From contig OX597815.1 in NCBI GenBank assembly GCA_951406725.2, forward strand, positions 167,648,001 to 167,712,000: 64,000 nucleotides of DNA, written 5' to 3'. Of the stretch, positions 39,081-53,382 are shown one piece after another. Each line of letters begins with the position of its first letter. Positions within the stretch are counted from its first letter, which is position 1. The translations under genes were made by a program, and so were the position numbers. The notes under the pieces are model-generated. The model did not search any database. It had not been told where the DNA came from and saw only the letters and a program-made list of their open reading frames with translations. Source of the DNA: Octopus vulgaris. Lineage: Eukaryota.

Positions 39081-39640
39081 CTATACTGAAAGAATATCAG
39101 AAATGCACGGGAGCACTCATAAACCAGGACAAGTTAGTAGGTCTGCAACAAGGAACTTGGAGAGTCAAGTCGACTAGCAGCGACTTCTGTCTGGTGAAAG
39201 TGCTCGGTGTCTGTCACTGGTTTTCTGTGTTTGTTTGGCCCCTTGAGGGCTATAATCGGCCCACCAAATAAGTTCGGTGAGCGTTTAATCAATTTAATCA
39301 AATACAACTCAACAAGATGGCGGAACGCATCTTGAAAGAGTTGAGAAATAAAAACTGCCCCCCCCCCCCCTGCAGGTCTGGTAACTGCTGAAGATTTTCT
39401 TTCTTTTCCCTCCGTTACTGGCAACAATACAGGAGAGGAGAAGGAGAAAAGCGAGGGTGAAAATGTACAAAGTCCACTTCGTAGTAACTGCAGTGGCAAC
39501 ATCGACAACAGCAGTGGTAGCAGTGACAGCAACAGCAGCAGCAGCTACGATGGCAATAACAACAACAATAGCAAAGGTGTCAGCAACAACAACAGCAACA
39601 AAACTAACACCAACAAGAACAACGACAACAACAGCCGCAG

Positions 39641-39830
39641 TGGAGGCGCAATGGCCCAGTGGTTAGGGCAGCGGACTCGTGGTCGTAAGAACGCGGTTTC
39701 GATTCCCAGACCGGGCATTGTGAGTGTTTATTGAGCAAAAACACCTAAGCTCCACGAGGCTCCAGCGGGGGAGGGTGGTGAACGCCGCTGTACTCTTTCA
39801 CCACAACTTTCTCTCACTCTTTCTTCCTAC
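39641..39830 (+). mobile_element. SINE family B, 5' part
   Basis: tggaggcgcaatggcccagtggttagggcagcggactcg head. Confidence 0.88.
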
Positions 39831-40118
39831 TTTTGTCACAAAGCAGAGGAACCATGATATAAACCTACTATGGTGTGGTAAACTTTCAGACCCTAGTCTA
39901 GTTTGCGAATCCACTGTACCCCAGGATGGTTCAGCTCTCCACCCGTTAAAAGCCACCGTTTACGGAATGAGTATAACAAAGTAGCTTTTGCGCCCATGCA
40001 ACCGCCAGTCTATCGCGTGTGGTTAGTGGATCTACAAGTTGCCACACGCATTCTTAGTAGCTTACAGTAGGCTCGAATTCGAAATTATTCTTTGTGGCTA
40101 ATGGCGCGAGTCCTGAAT

Positions 40119-40180
40119 GGAAGAAGAAGAAGAAGAAGAAGAAGAAGAAGAAGAAGAAGAAGAAGAAGAAGAAGAAGAAG

Positions 40181-40211
<31 letters not shown>

Positions 40212-40263
40212 CGTCAACAACAGCAGCAGCAACAGCAACAACAACAACAACAGCAACAACAAC
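40119..40263. repeat. (GAA)n plus (CAA/CAG)n microsatellite
   Basis: Direct reading. Confidence 0.95.
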
Positions 40264-40329
40264 GTGAACATTACCAACATTACCGACAGCAAGAACACTT
40301 TCGTTGCAGCAGTAGCCAAAACGAGGTCA

Positions 40330-40780
40330 CACTTCAGCATGGACCTCACAAATAAAAATGAAAAGTTGGCCCAGGCTTGGAAGCTCATCAAGCAAGAGCA
40401 AATCCGGGCCAACTTAACTATTCCGGCCATCGAAGCAGTGCAGCAAAGTACGGTGCGTTTCAGATGCATCTCAGCAAAAACAAAGAATGCGGCTTTAATT
40501 TCCCGAGCAGATATTAAAGAAGATCGTTCTCACCTTCAGATCCACTCCTTTCTTGAGCCACACTGCTACATCGCCTCCCATTCCAGGCCGACTAAGATAA
40601 TTCAATCTCAAAATCGTCAAAAATGGGAGCAAAGGTGCGTGAGTTGGTCGGAAACTCTGGTTTCGCTGACGGCTGTCACATCCAAACGTAGGGACCGGAG
40701 GACATTGAGCGGGTGTCCCTGCTTCCAGGATGACCCCATCCAAAGCACGGTCATGTTAAACACTGGGAGAGTAAGAAAGT
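40330..40780 (+). pseudogene. Possible third ORF1 N-terminal remnant
   Basis: IRANLTIPAIEAVQQSTVRFRCISAKTKNAALISRADIKE weakly parallels LRVTLPEEEVKEAERRIVTYRTWNMASKKIEVAEVEEIE. Confidence 0.4.
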
Positions 40781-41713
40781 AAGAGAGAGCTACTTACTGA
40801 GGTTTTGTTGGGGAGAAGTGGTGGTACATTCTCCGTTCCTCTCACTGGATGTGTGTGCTTTCTCCAGCAAGTCGTTGTAAAATATTTTGTTACATGACTT
40901 TTGAAAATCCCCTACAAAGTCAGGATATTTGTTCTTTTAAACGGTTGCAAGTGCTCACTGTTGTTTTGATTATCTTTATGTGCTGTGGTATGTTAGTGTT
41001 GACACTTGGTGCAACGAGAGTTCTCTGGTTAATGTCTATGTAAAGTTGAATGTTTTGCATTAATGTCTTGTTTTCTGTGTTTACGACAGTCAAGTTTATA
41101 ATTTCTGGTTTTTGTTTGTTTGATGGGGTGTAGTTTAACTGTTGTGTTTGTAAATTAAATAGCGTCGGTGATGGTTGCAGAGGTAGTGATGGTGATGTTG
41201 TTATTGTTGGCTGTGTCAGTGGAACTGTTGTTGGAGGTGGTGTGTTATTGTTGTTGCTATTGCTATCCATCTCCGTGTGTTCAAACCTACCAGTTTACTC
41301 TGTTCTAGTGGGTGCGTTTTTTCGTCTTCTTTTCTTTCCTTTGGTGGTAGGGGCGCAACTATTTGCCAATTCTGCTCCTCCCCATCCCATTCATTTTCGT
41401 GGTCTGAAAAGGGGAGCTGAAGTTTTTGATTCTCGATTGAAATTGTTATTGTAGTCGTTTTGGGATTTCCCGATGTTGTTCTGGGGTTCACTTATTGCTC
41501 CGAACATGTGAGGGGAAGTCTTGCAGAGTTTTTTTTTTTTTTTTGAGGTTTTCCTGTTGATAAATCTTGTGTTGTTGCTTTGGGGGATTATCATGCTATG
41601 GTTTTTATTGCTGTCGATGTTGGCTATTTCTCTGCTGTTGTTTTCTCTATTGCTCTTGGAGTTGTTGCTGCTACTGCTTCTGTGATCGCAGATGCTGCTA
41701 CTACTGTTACTGT

Positions 41714-42311
41714 TGCCCAATCCTGGCTAAGAAGGAATATATTCACAGACACGATAGAGTTGGGACCTACATACACTGGAAACTATGCCAACATTATGGA
41801 ATAACAACAGAAAAAAATGGTATAGGCACACCCCAGAAAAGGTCACAGAAAACAAGAAAGCAACCATACTCTGGGATATGCCAATACACACAGACAGAGA
41901 AATTAAGGCCAACAGACCAGATATAGTTGTCAGAGATCATGAAGAAAAAAAATGCTTTCTAATTGATGTATCAATACCAGCAGAAGACAACGTGTCTCTA
42001 AAAGAAATGGAAAAACTTTCAAAATACAAAGACCTCGAAATAGAGGTAACTAGAATGTGAAATCTAAAAACAGAAACAATTCCTATTATAGTAGGTGCAT
42101 TAGGGATGATAAAAAATATTCAGACAAATACCTAACAAAAACACCATGACTTACAAACACATATAACATACAGAAAATTGCACTACTAGGCACTGCACAC
42201 ATCCTACACAAAACATTTTCAATACAGTAACCATCAGAGCATCACAAAAAATCACAGCACACAGAGCTGCGCTCGGTAGTGAAGTGAGAGCACGCTATAA
42301 AAATAAAACTA

Positions 42312-42313
<2 letters not shown>
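41714..42313 (+). pseudogene. 5'-truncated R4/Dong-clade LINE with (AAT)n tail
   Basis: CPILAKKEYIHRHDRVGTYIHW..ILWDMPIHTDREIKANRPDIVV..LIDVSIP..EKLSKYKDLEIEV (PD..D..K RLE), ending in a long AAT tract. Confidence 0.9.
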
Positions 42314-42901
<588 letters not shown>

Positions 42902-43453
42902 TTCTTTTATTGGCCACAAGGGCTCAAGTGATGGGGGGCAATATCGAAGGATGAGTTGCAGGACAAAAAAAAAATCGGTGCAGTCCACTTAGGGTAATCC
43001 GAGATAAACCTCACACAAAAATCCCGGATTATTCTACCATCTCCAAGGCATAGGGAAGTACCTTCTTACAGTTTCTTTTCCCCTGTTTAGAAATGCATAT
43101 TCAGAACAGAACCCTTAAGTCTCATTAGTCTTGTCATTGTCGACCCCCTTTTGATAAACACAATACTTCCTTTATTAAACCTAAGTGGTCGAACTAATAC
43201 AAGAAACGATACAAAACGTTTGTTTATTAGAGCTTTCCAAAGAAAATGCGTGAGTTATGATGGAGAAATCATATATTTCCTTTTAGTTTGACTCACTCGA
43301 CCGCTACATTTTCTATAACCAATTCCTGTTTGCCTGGATTGCGTCTCCAGTCGTTTGCCGTAGAATTCTAGGTTTTTGATCTGGTCTCTGCACTAATCTG
43401 TATCTGTTATACGCCTTGTGGGCGTACTCCTGCCCATTATATAAACACACGCG

Positions 43454-43903
43454 AAGGCGGCGAGCTGGCAGAAACGTTAGCACGCCGGGCGAAATGCTTT
43501 GCGGTATTTCGTATGCCGTTACGTTCTGAGTTCAAATTCCGCCGAGGTCGACTTTGCCTTTCATCCTTTCGGGGTCGATAAATTAAGGACCAGTTACGCA
43601 CTGGGGTCCATATAATTGACTTAATCCGTTTGTCTGTCCTTGTTTGTTCTCTCTGTGTTTAGCCCCTTGTGGGTAGTAAAGGAATAAGAAACGTTAGCAC
43701 GCCGGGCGAAATGCGTAGCCGTATTTCATCTGCCGTTACGTTCTGAGTTCAAATTCCGCCGGGGTCAACTTTGCTATTCATCCTTTCGGGGTCGATAAAT
43801 TAAGGACCAGTTACGCACTGGGGTCCATATAATCGACTTAATCCGTTTGTCTGTCCTTGTTTTTTTTCTCTGTGTTTAGCCCCTTGTGGGTAGTAAAGAA
43901 ATA
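43454..43903 (+). mobile_element. SINE family A dimer with 15-bp TSD
   Basis: tatataaacacacgc at 43438-43452 and 43904-43918; both monomers share the variants aaggaccag and ggggtccatata. Confidence 0.92.
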
Positions 43904-44005
43904 TATATAAACACACGCATACACACATATAAAGACAGTGAGACCGATAGATATATGTATAAATATGTATAGATCAATGTATACACACACACACAGATAT
44001 GTGTG

Positions 44006-44030
44006 TGTGTCTGAGAGAGAGAGAGAGAAA

Positions 44031-44118
<88 letters not shown>

Positions 44119-44396
44119 TTATATGCAGAGAATAGTATAGTGAGAAAGAAATATAGAGATAGCAAAGAGAACGGTAGATAATAAGGAAGCGATTTTAAAC
44201 GAATATTTTGGCTCTCGTGGCCAATAGAGAAACGATTTTAAATGTATATATATTGTTAATTTAGATTTTTGTCAGTACGAGTAAGTGTCGGCTCGCAGGC
44301 GCTATTATGTTTTCTGAGTTTTGCTTATATACAACGATACAAAAAGCAGGATAAAATATATACATATACTTAAACGAAAATGTAGATATGTCTGCA

Positions 44397-44489
<93 letters not shown>

Positions 44490-44520
44490 GTGTGTGTATG
44501 TGTGAGTATGTGTGTATGCT
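44006..44520. repeat. (GA)n and (GT)n microsatellites
   Basis: Direct reading. Confidence 0.9.
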
Positions 44521-44779
44521 TGACGACGGTGTTACAATGCTGTTCCGCCAAAGGTTTGTTTGCAATGAATCTCAACTAATTTCAAACGTGCTTTCCGTAA
44601 CGTTTTTCTTCCTTTATCATTCACTAAGAGGGCAGCGTAAGGAAGTTCAAAAATAAACAGTAACATCATATGAAACCAATACTAACAATTGCACTGAAAT
44701 TATTACTAAAACACAGACAACCTCAGACAAAAAGGGGGGGGGGAAGAAACCATCAACAATAGTAATATCATTGAAATCT

Positions 44780-46048
44780 TTTATACTATAGGTAGATGGA
44801 TTGAAATTTTGGCGGAGGGGGTTACTGGATTACATCGACCTCAGTACTTGACTGGTACTTATTTTATCGATCCTGAAAGGATGAAAAACAAAGTCGACAT
44901 CAGCTGAATCTGCTGAATACGGATGAAAGGCTGCTAAGCATTTTTTTCGATATGCTAAAGATTCTGCCTGCTCATCGCTTTTAATAATATTAATATCGGT
45001 TTCAAATTTTGGCACAAGGCCAGCAGTTTTGGAGGAGGGAATAAGTCGATTACATCGACCCTAGTACTCAACTGGTGACTATTTTATCGACCCCGTAAAA
45101 GGATGAAAAAGCAAAGTCAACCGTAGTGGAATTTTAACTCAGAACGCAAAGACGGACGAAATACCGCCAAGCATTTTACCCAGCCTGCTAACGATTCTGC
45201 CTGCTTTTAATATTTATTTCTTTACTACCCACAAGGGGCTAAACACAGAGGAAACAAACAAGGAGAGACGGATTAAGTCGATTACATCGACCCCAGTGCG
45301 TGATTGGTACTTAATTTATCGACCCTAAAAGGATAAAAGGCAAAGTCGACCTCGGCGGAATTTGAACTCAGAACGTAACGGCAGACGAAATACTACTTTT
45401 AATAATATTATTAAATTATAATAATATTATTAATATTATTATATTCTACAAATATGCACAAGGCATGAAATTTGGAGGAAGTGGGCTGGTCGATTATTTT
45501 GACCCCAGTACTTAATTGGTATTTATTTTATCGACTTCAAAAACTGGAAATCAAAGTCGTCCTCGAAAGGATTAGTCAAAGTCGACTTTGGCGGAATTTG
45601 AAATCAGAACATACAGACGGTCTGCCGCTAACCATTTTACCCGGCGTGCTAACAATTCTGCCAGATCACCACATGCAGTGATTTCAAATTTTGGTTCAAG
45701 GACAACAATTTGTGTGTGGCGGGGTGCAAGTTGACTACATCAACCTCAGTATTCAACTGGTACTTATTTTATGGACCCTGAAAGTATGAAGGGTTAACGA
45801 TTCTGCCAGATTGCTGCCTTTATCCACGATAATACTTTCTGCTATAGGCACAAGGACTGAAATTTGGAGGAGGGATTAAGTCGATTACATCGACTCCAGT
45901 ACGTAAATGGTACTAATTTAATTGACCCCGAAAGGATGAAAGGCAAAATCGACCTCGGCGGAATTTGAACTCAGATCGTAGCGACAGACGAAATAGCGCT
46001 ATGCATTTCGCCCGGCGTGCTAACAGTTCTGTTAGCTTACCGCCTTAA
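44780..46048 (-). mobile_element. Head-to-tail cluster of about six SINE A copies
   Basis: Repeated tacatcgacc..tggtactt..atcgacccc..ggatgaaa blocks, all on the minus strand. Confidence 0.88.
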
Positions 46049-46053
46049 TAATG

Positions 46054-46110
<57 letters not shown>

Positions 46111-46113
<3 letters not shown>

Positions 46114-46657
46114 GCCCTGATGCAATACACAGCAGTGGTTCTCATGGCTGTTGATCTTAACTGATTGGGTACATTGTTTTGTCTTGGTATAAAAGATGGG
46201 CTACAGCAAATATTCTGCTCAATACCACAGATTTGCTTGTCAGTTGTTTCACCTTAACCAGTTGAGCATATCCCTTAGTGGCTGACGATATGAGCATCTC
46301 TGATCACAAGTAGAAGTAGTGGGAGAGAATCATAGCCATGTGTTGAGAGGGATTCTTTGGGTTTTGAATGATTCACCTCTGGAAACATGGGTGTTTCGAT
46401 CAACATCCTTTAACATCCCTTATTCAACGACGTTTTGAGCGGGATTGGTTACTCGACAAGAAGAAAATTCTAACTGGGCCCCACCTGCAAGGTCATGTGC
46501 TGTTTATCTTGATATGAGATCACGATGTCGCGCACATATGGTTGTGATGCATGTGCCTAGTGTACCCTAATCAGACGGGTAGTCATGATGGGTATACTGG
46601 GCTTCGTATATTTTACCCCAGTGTCACTTTGATGGCATTCGCTGCTCTCTCATTCAA
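46111..46657 (+). mobile_element. ~550-bp (AAT)n-embedded retroposon, near full length
   Basis: AAT tracts on both sides; homologous to the other three copies. Confidence 0.9.
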
Positions 46658-46670
46658 TAAAAATAATAAA

Positions 46671-46734
<64 letters not shown>

Positions 46735-46758
46735 GTAATGATGATGATGATGATGATG

Positions 46759-46824
<66 letters not shown>

Positions 46825-47219
46825 TAAACTGCTGGTAACTGTAATAATATTTCTCATTTGTGTGAAGGAGGATCTATTATCCATAACTGCAAACTTTATA
46901 TGTTAAAGCCAATGGGAAACGTTCTAGATTTGATCGTGACTCTGGGCAAAAAAGTAAAATGTAAACGAAAATGATACAAATAAAAATATAAACCAACAAA
47001 TAAATATTAGGATTTGAAAAATAAAAGAAAAAACATCGACAAATTATATACGTTGATTTCGTCACGAAATATCATCACAATTTACATTATACTGTGTCCA
47101 AACAAGAAATTTACTTATTTTATTGTTTTTTCGTATTTTTTATTTTGTTAAAAATAATGAAGCCGAAAATTCTGACATGAAGGAAAAGAAAAATAAAGTG
47201 TATATACATACACACACTA

Positions 47220-47315
<96 letters not shown>

Positions 47316-47553
47316 TGTGTGTGTAGAAGGAGAAAAAGTGCTGAAATGAAGCATTCAAAAGTGGTGGGTGGATATACTTACACTTCCGAGACTAAGTCTG
47401 AAAAATATGAGGCAACTGGATTTTCCCGGAGAGGAAAAATAGTACAGAAAACATATGTATATATGTATTCGTGTTTATATGTGTGTGCGCCCGCGATGTG
47501 CTTGCGTGCGTGTGTGTGTGTGTAAGTAGCTATGTAGAAAGAGAGAGCGAGAG

Positions 47554-47604
<51 letters not shown>

Positions 47605-47879
47605 AATAGGAGTTGATAATGCACTGGGAGTCTTTAGATGGTTTACTTTTAAAGGCTTTACCGGTTTCACACATGTTCCTGATTTTCAAAAGTTAAGTGA
47701 GATAGAAAGACGTGAGATAGAAAGCCTCAGCTGCTTTGCTTCTGACTGGAATTTGAAAACTCCCTTTTTTTTTACGAAGAGAACATAGCGCAAATTAGAG
47801 GCTATTTAGAGCATAATTTGAGCCAACTGAATGACTCCAACTGCATTTTCAACTTCTCCGTTTTTTGTATATCTACTCT

Positions 47880-48660
47880 TGTGTCTTCTACTATAACCAC
47901 GGGCCGATCATTTGTGGATTTGATAGACGGAAACTGAAAGAAGCCGTCATATATATATATATATATATACATAACATGAACACATAACATAAATACAGAA
48001 CACTACTAACCTCTCAAGTAATACCGCCAACCCCCATACATCCCGTACACCATTGACATTACAGAACTATATCTACCCTAATTGCACCAGATCCAGAACT
48101 ACTGACCTCCCTTACACATAATCTCTTTACTCAGGGACTAGTAGACGTGACACCGTTCATTAATCGGTGTGCATTCAAAGCAATGATTAGTAAATTTACG
48201 AAACCGGTATGCTTTTAAATCTCTTTAACAATTCACAATAATGCCTTTTATTACTTTTATTCCTACCTCAGTTCATCTAATTGTATATATCTATCGTTAC
48301 TTTTCATAAAAAGCCTTTACTTTTTTTGATTTCCAATGTGCATTTTCGCCTATGTTTCTTCCTACTTTCCCCTTACATTTACACGTGTAGTTTCTATTTT
48401 CTTTTTGTATCATATTTCTATTATATATATGCATGTGTGTGTGATTGTGTGTGTGTGTGTGTGTGCATGTCTTTGTGTCTGTGTTTGTTTCCCCACCATC
48501 GCTTCACAACCGACGTTGGCGTGTTTACGTCCTCACAACTTAGCGGTTCGACAGAAAGAGACGGACAGAATAAGTGTAATAGGCTTACAAATAATAAGTC
48601 CTGGGGTCGATTTCTGGCCGCAGTCAAATGACTGAAACAAATAAAAGAATAAAAGAATAT
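47880..48660 (+). mobile_element. SINE family D interrupted in its (TA)n tract by a ~450-bp hammerhead-bearing insert (47970-48420)
   Basis: SINE 5' part at 47880-47970 and 3' part at 48425-48660. Confidence 0.75.
48177..48215 (+). ncRNA. Minimal type I hammerhead ribozyme, A3-U8 core variant
   Basis: aaagca-ATGATTA-GTAAATTTAC-GAAACCGGTA-tgcttt: 6-bp stem I, stem II with G10.1-C11.1, palindromic ACCGGT stem III, GUA site. Confidence 0.72.
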
Positions 48661-49400
48661 ATCATATCATACCTTGATGATGGATGGACTGAGATACGTG
48701 TTGACCGGCAGCTCATAATAAATAAAGTGTTAAATATTTTAGAATGCAAATTGGTAACACCAATCCTCAGAAGCCACTGGATTTGTTGTAGATATAATCT
48801 TGATTCTCTGAGATTGGTCAAGCGATGTAGACACCGCTGATCCCCACTATCTTCCTACCGTTGAATGTGTGGTCTTTGAGACATTCATTGATGACGTCGC
48901 AACCAGATTTCATAATTTCTCTCGGCATTCTGCCCTCTGTCATTCGGCGAAGCTGAGGCCTGTCCACTCATGATGTTAAACCGGGTGACGACAGATACAG
49001 TATGGTTCTCGTTTAGTTTTCATCATCATGAATGTCTCATGGGCAAGTTACTGTGACGACGCCCATTCCTCATCAGGCTGTTAGCCACAACCTTATGACT
49101 CTCCCTGAGACACACTTCGGCCTCAAACACTAGGCCGTTGACCTGAATAGGTTCCCTCTTACCTAGCCAGTGACTCTCTGAGAAACCATATGCGGAGTCT
49201 TTCGCTTATTAGTGCAGTGTTAATATCATTCTCACACTTTTTTTATCCACCAAATTACGTTGGGTATTAGGGTATTACGTTGGGTGCCATCAAGTGAGAT
49301 TTGTAGTTGAGTAACCAGTGATGCTGCTCTACTTGGCCGTCCCTGGCATGGTGCAGCTGCCAGAAATTAAAGACACTACGTCTATTCAGAGCCCCCCACC
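48660..49400 (-). mobile_element. RTE-like LINE 3' remnant
   Basis: Minus strand HEWTGLSFAE and LRIGVTNLHS motifs, heavily degraded. Confidence 0.45.
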
Positions 49401-49854
49401 CCACCCAACAATCCTGATGAGAAACCAATAAGCTTTGAAAATCAATTAAGACTGTTCATCATTTTCTTAATTTTGCATATTTTTATTGTCTACTTTGAGA
49501 TTGTATTTGTAATGGAAATATTAAATGACTAATTTTCTTTTCTGAAAACTCTAGCTTTTTCAGACTGTCACATAAGCAAGCATTCACAAAACCAGTCTAT
49601 TCCTATTCGTATAAACGTGAATTTATAATCTGGCTATAGAACCTGAAGGTTTCGAATCAGTTGTCTATAGTTATCCTCCTCTTTGATTTTCAAAGAGATA
49701 TTCACATCAGTAGAGCAGCTGATCTCTATGACGGTACATACCTTTACTTGTCTGTCTCGGATTTGTATATAAGTACTTGTGTATCTATGAGTGCATGTAT
49801 TTATGGCTGGATGAGCCATGTATGTATGCATTTATCAATAAATAAATATACGTA

Positions 49855-50175
49855 TGGAGGCGCAAAGAGCTTCAGTATCAATGGCCCAGTGGTTAGGGCA
49901 GCGGACTCGCGGTCGGAGGATCGCGGTTTCGATTCCCAGACCGGGAGTTGTGTGTGTTTATTAAGCGAAAACACCTAAAGCTCCTCGAGGCTCCGGCAGG
50001 GGATGGTGGCAATCCCTGTTGTACTCTTTTGCCCCAACTTTCTCTCACTCTTTCTTCTGTTTCTTGAGTAACGCTGCGATGGACTGGCGTCCCGTCCAGC
50101 TGGGAGGAACACATACGCCATAGAAACCGGGAAACCGGGCCCATGAGCCTGGCTAGGCTTGAAAAGGGCGCATAG
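49855..50175 (+). mobile_element. SINE family B, full length
   Basis: tRNA-like head, gcgatggactggcgtcccgtccag domain, approximate TSD aaatat(at)acgta. Confidence 0.9.
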
Positions 50176-51114
50176 ATAAAATATATACGTATACAGCTGA
50201 GTTAGCAATGTATCAAGCAGTTATATTTTCGGTTGTCTGTTAACTTATGATATATGCATATCATAAATCAACACAAAAAATACTGGTTACTTGTACGTTG
50301 TTAAGTCTCGGTTGTAAAGAGAATCATAGGAAATTCAAATATACCTCACACTTTCAATATGTGCAGTCAGTTCTTTATTCGAGTACATCTAGGAAGATCC
50401 ATACAAAAATGTATGTGGGATTGTATGCATGGGTGTACATGCGTGTATGAGTGTGAGTGTGTAAATCAATACGGCTCAGTGCTTCTAAACGAAGCTTTTA
50501 ACATGTGATAATGAAATAATCACACTGAAATATGTTACTGTAATAATATTATCTTGTAAGAAAGTATTCCGTGTTGTAGAAGCTGAACAGAAAGTTGATA
50601 CGGATAGAGGGATAGATGAATAGGGACTGAGAATACGAACGTCCGTTAAAATAGTAAAAGAGGGAAAAGAAAAGAAACAAACAATAAGAGGTAGAACTAG
50701 AGCAATAGAAAATTGGAAACAAACATAAAAATATTTAAGAGAACGAATGAAAGATATGTAAGGTAGAAGAAGTATTTTTTTCTGTATTATGCACTGAAAA
50801 CATCAAACCCCTAAACATAGACCCTTACTTTAAAGAGTCCCCTTCACACACCACACAGTATATAACCACATCCTGACAGTTTTGATAAGAAGGGTGTGCC
50901 CCTACGCCGACATTCGTTTGTCTTCGAATTCCTTTATGTCTTTCCAAGGATTTATTTATATATATTTTCACTTGCTTATTTAACCAATCTATCATTTTAC
51001 GATTTTCTTCCTTGTCACGCTCTCTCCCGCAACCCCTCTCTCTCTCCCCGCTCTCTTTCTCTACCTATCTATCTATTTAACTATCTATCCATCTATCTAT
51101 TTATCTCTATTTCA

Positions 51115-51132
51115 CACACACATATATATGCA

Positions 51133-51181
<49 letters not shown>

Positions 51182-51289
51182 CATATATAATATACATATA
51201 TATAATACATATGTGTGTGCATATATATGTATATGTATGTTTATTTATGTTTATGTATATGTATATATATGTATATATATATATGTATA

Positions 51290-51366
<77 letters not shown>

Positions 51367-51465
51367 CCCGCGATAAATAACACATAGGCACGATGCACAT
51401 ACACACAGATACATATATATACATATGCACATACGCACAGATACATATATATATATGTGTGTGTG
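51115..51465. repeat. (TA)n-rich microsatellite
   Basis: Direct reading. Confidence 0.95.
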
Positions 51466-52240
51466 TGTACATATACTTACAACGTACATATACATTTGTA
51501 CACTTTGCACGCACAATATGTACGTGTACACGCACACACATATTATTCATATTATTCTGAAAGGAGAATATTATGGCAAGTGACTTCGAAGTTTCGACCA
51601 GCTAACCCATCGTCGCAGCCAGGCAAGAGCTCAACTGGCCGAAACTTCGAAGTCATACTCAATAATTTTCTTGTTTAAGAATAATAAATCTATACTTTAC
51701 TAAAGTATAGAGTAACCCATCACATTGATGTAAACTTGTTTTTATTATAACTGGACATAAAAACAGCATACATACGTACGTACATACGTGCATACATACA
51801 TACATACATACATACATACATACATACATACATACATACATACATACATACATACGTAAGAATTACTGTATGTGTGTATATAATATAGACCACATTTTAA
51901 CTTATACCCTAAGTTGTTTATTTTCATTTAACAGCAAGCACTTCTTGGCATGTGGCTAAGTATCCTTTAGCGGTTGGTGGCCAAGTTACCCGCTTCTTAA
52001 GAATCTCGAATACACCCTGCAAATACGGATAGGTAAACAAAGGTAAAAAATCTTCTTAAGCACTATCACCATCTTTTATGACTTGCCCAAATACATACAC
52101 ATGCACAAACCCATGTAAGCAACTATGTTGCCAGACATATATACATACAACCATACACACAGACACTCATATATGTATATATATATATATATATATACAC
52201 ACAGACTCATAGACGCATGCATATATATATATATATATAT

Positions 52241-52404
52241 TAGTTAATCCAAACAAGTAAGCAAAAAAACACAACAACGCGAGGACGTGGAACAAATATA
52301 GTATTATTGGACGCTCAAGAAAGAAGAAAAGAAGGAGTATTTAACGTTTCTAGCGGAGCTCTTCGTCGTAAACATAGGAGAAGGAAAGATCCAGAGAAGG
52401 GAAG
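52241..52404 (-). mobile_element. Short (TA)n-embedded repeat with hammerhead-like motif
   Basis: Minus strand gttt-ACGACGAA-GAGCTCCGCTA-GAAAC-GTTA-aatac. Confidence 0.5.
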
Positions 52405-52977
52405 ATATGTATGTATGTATGTATGTATCAGCAGCCCCACCCACCACAAGTTGTGCTGGGTGGAGCTGCTGACCGCCCCTGTTCGAAAATGTAAGGACAC
52501 AGAATTTTTTGTGTCGTATAGCCAGCTGGAAACGATGTTTCCTGGGGCTAAATAACAGTAACATTCGTACCATCCTGGGACTGCCACATTACGTTGGCAA
52601 AAAGTCATTAATTTACGGTGTTGTTACTGTATATAATGGTGTGTAGATATAGATGCATACGTAAATACATTATACATTTAATACTTTATATATCTATTAT
52701 ATAGTTTTATCTTTCTACTTAATTACGTTACTGAATAGCGGCCCTGCTGGAGCAATGCCTTCACGGATTTGATCAAAAAAATTGACAGCAATACGATTTT
52801 GTTATTAAGCCCCGTACATATTCTAAGGGTTTTCTTTTTACCAACCCGCTATTTTACGAAGACGTAAACAACCCAACAGCAGCTATCAAGTGATTGTTCG
52901 CGACAACCATTACAAAAACACATAGACACGCGCAGATACATGCATACTATATATTTATGTATGTATGTATGTATACT

Positions 52978-53382
52978 TTTCTACTCTAGGGACAAAGCCC
53001 GAAATTTTGGAAGACGGAGCCAATCGATTAAATCGACACAGGTAGTTAATTTATCGACCCCGAAAGGATGAAAGGTAAAATCAACCTCGGCGGAATTTGA
53101 ACTCCGAACGAAAAGGCAGACGAAATACAAATCTATCATTTTACGACACACGTGCGCACACTCGCATACAGAGTTTCTTATTTTTTTATTGCCCACAAGG
53201 GGCAAAGGGATTAAGTCGATAACATCGACCCCAGTGCGTAACTGGTACTTAATTTATCGACCCCGAAAGGATGAAAGGCAAAGTCGACCTCGGCAGAATT
53301 TGAACTCAGAACGTAATGGCAGACTAAATACCGCTAAGCATTTCGCCCGGCGTGCTAACGTTTCTGCCAGCTCGCTGCCTTT
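52978..53382 (-). mobile_element. Two SINE A copies; the second has TSD tcgcatacagagtttct
   Basis: 17-bp direct repeat at ~53162-53178 and ~53382-53398. Confidence 0.88.

Noticed and set aside
40920-41720. Minus-strand ORFs as host exons
   Set aside because: Fragmented, partly low-complexity, with no recognisable domain; likely retroelement debris
46111-46180. HDV-like ribozyme at the 5' end of the AAT retroposon
   Set aside because: Hairpins exist, but the nested pseudoknot and catalytic C could not be placed
50883-50935. TTGATAA (U3-A8) hammerhead variant
   Set aside because: No GAAA strand, and stem I does not pair
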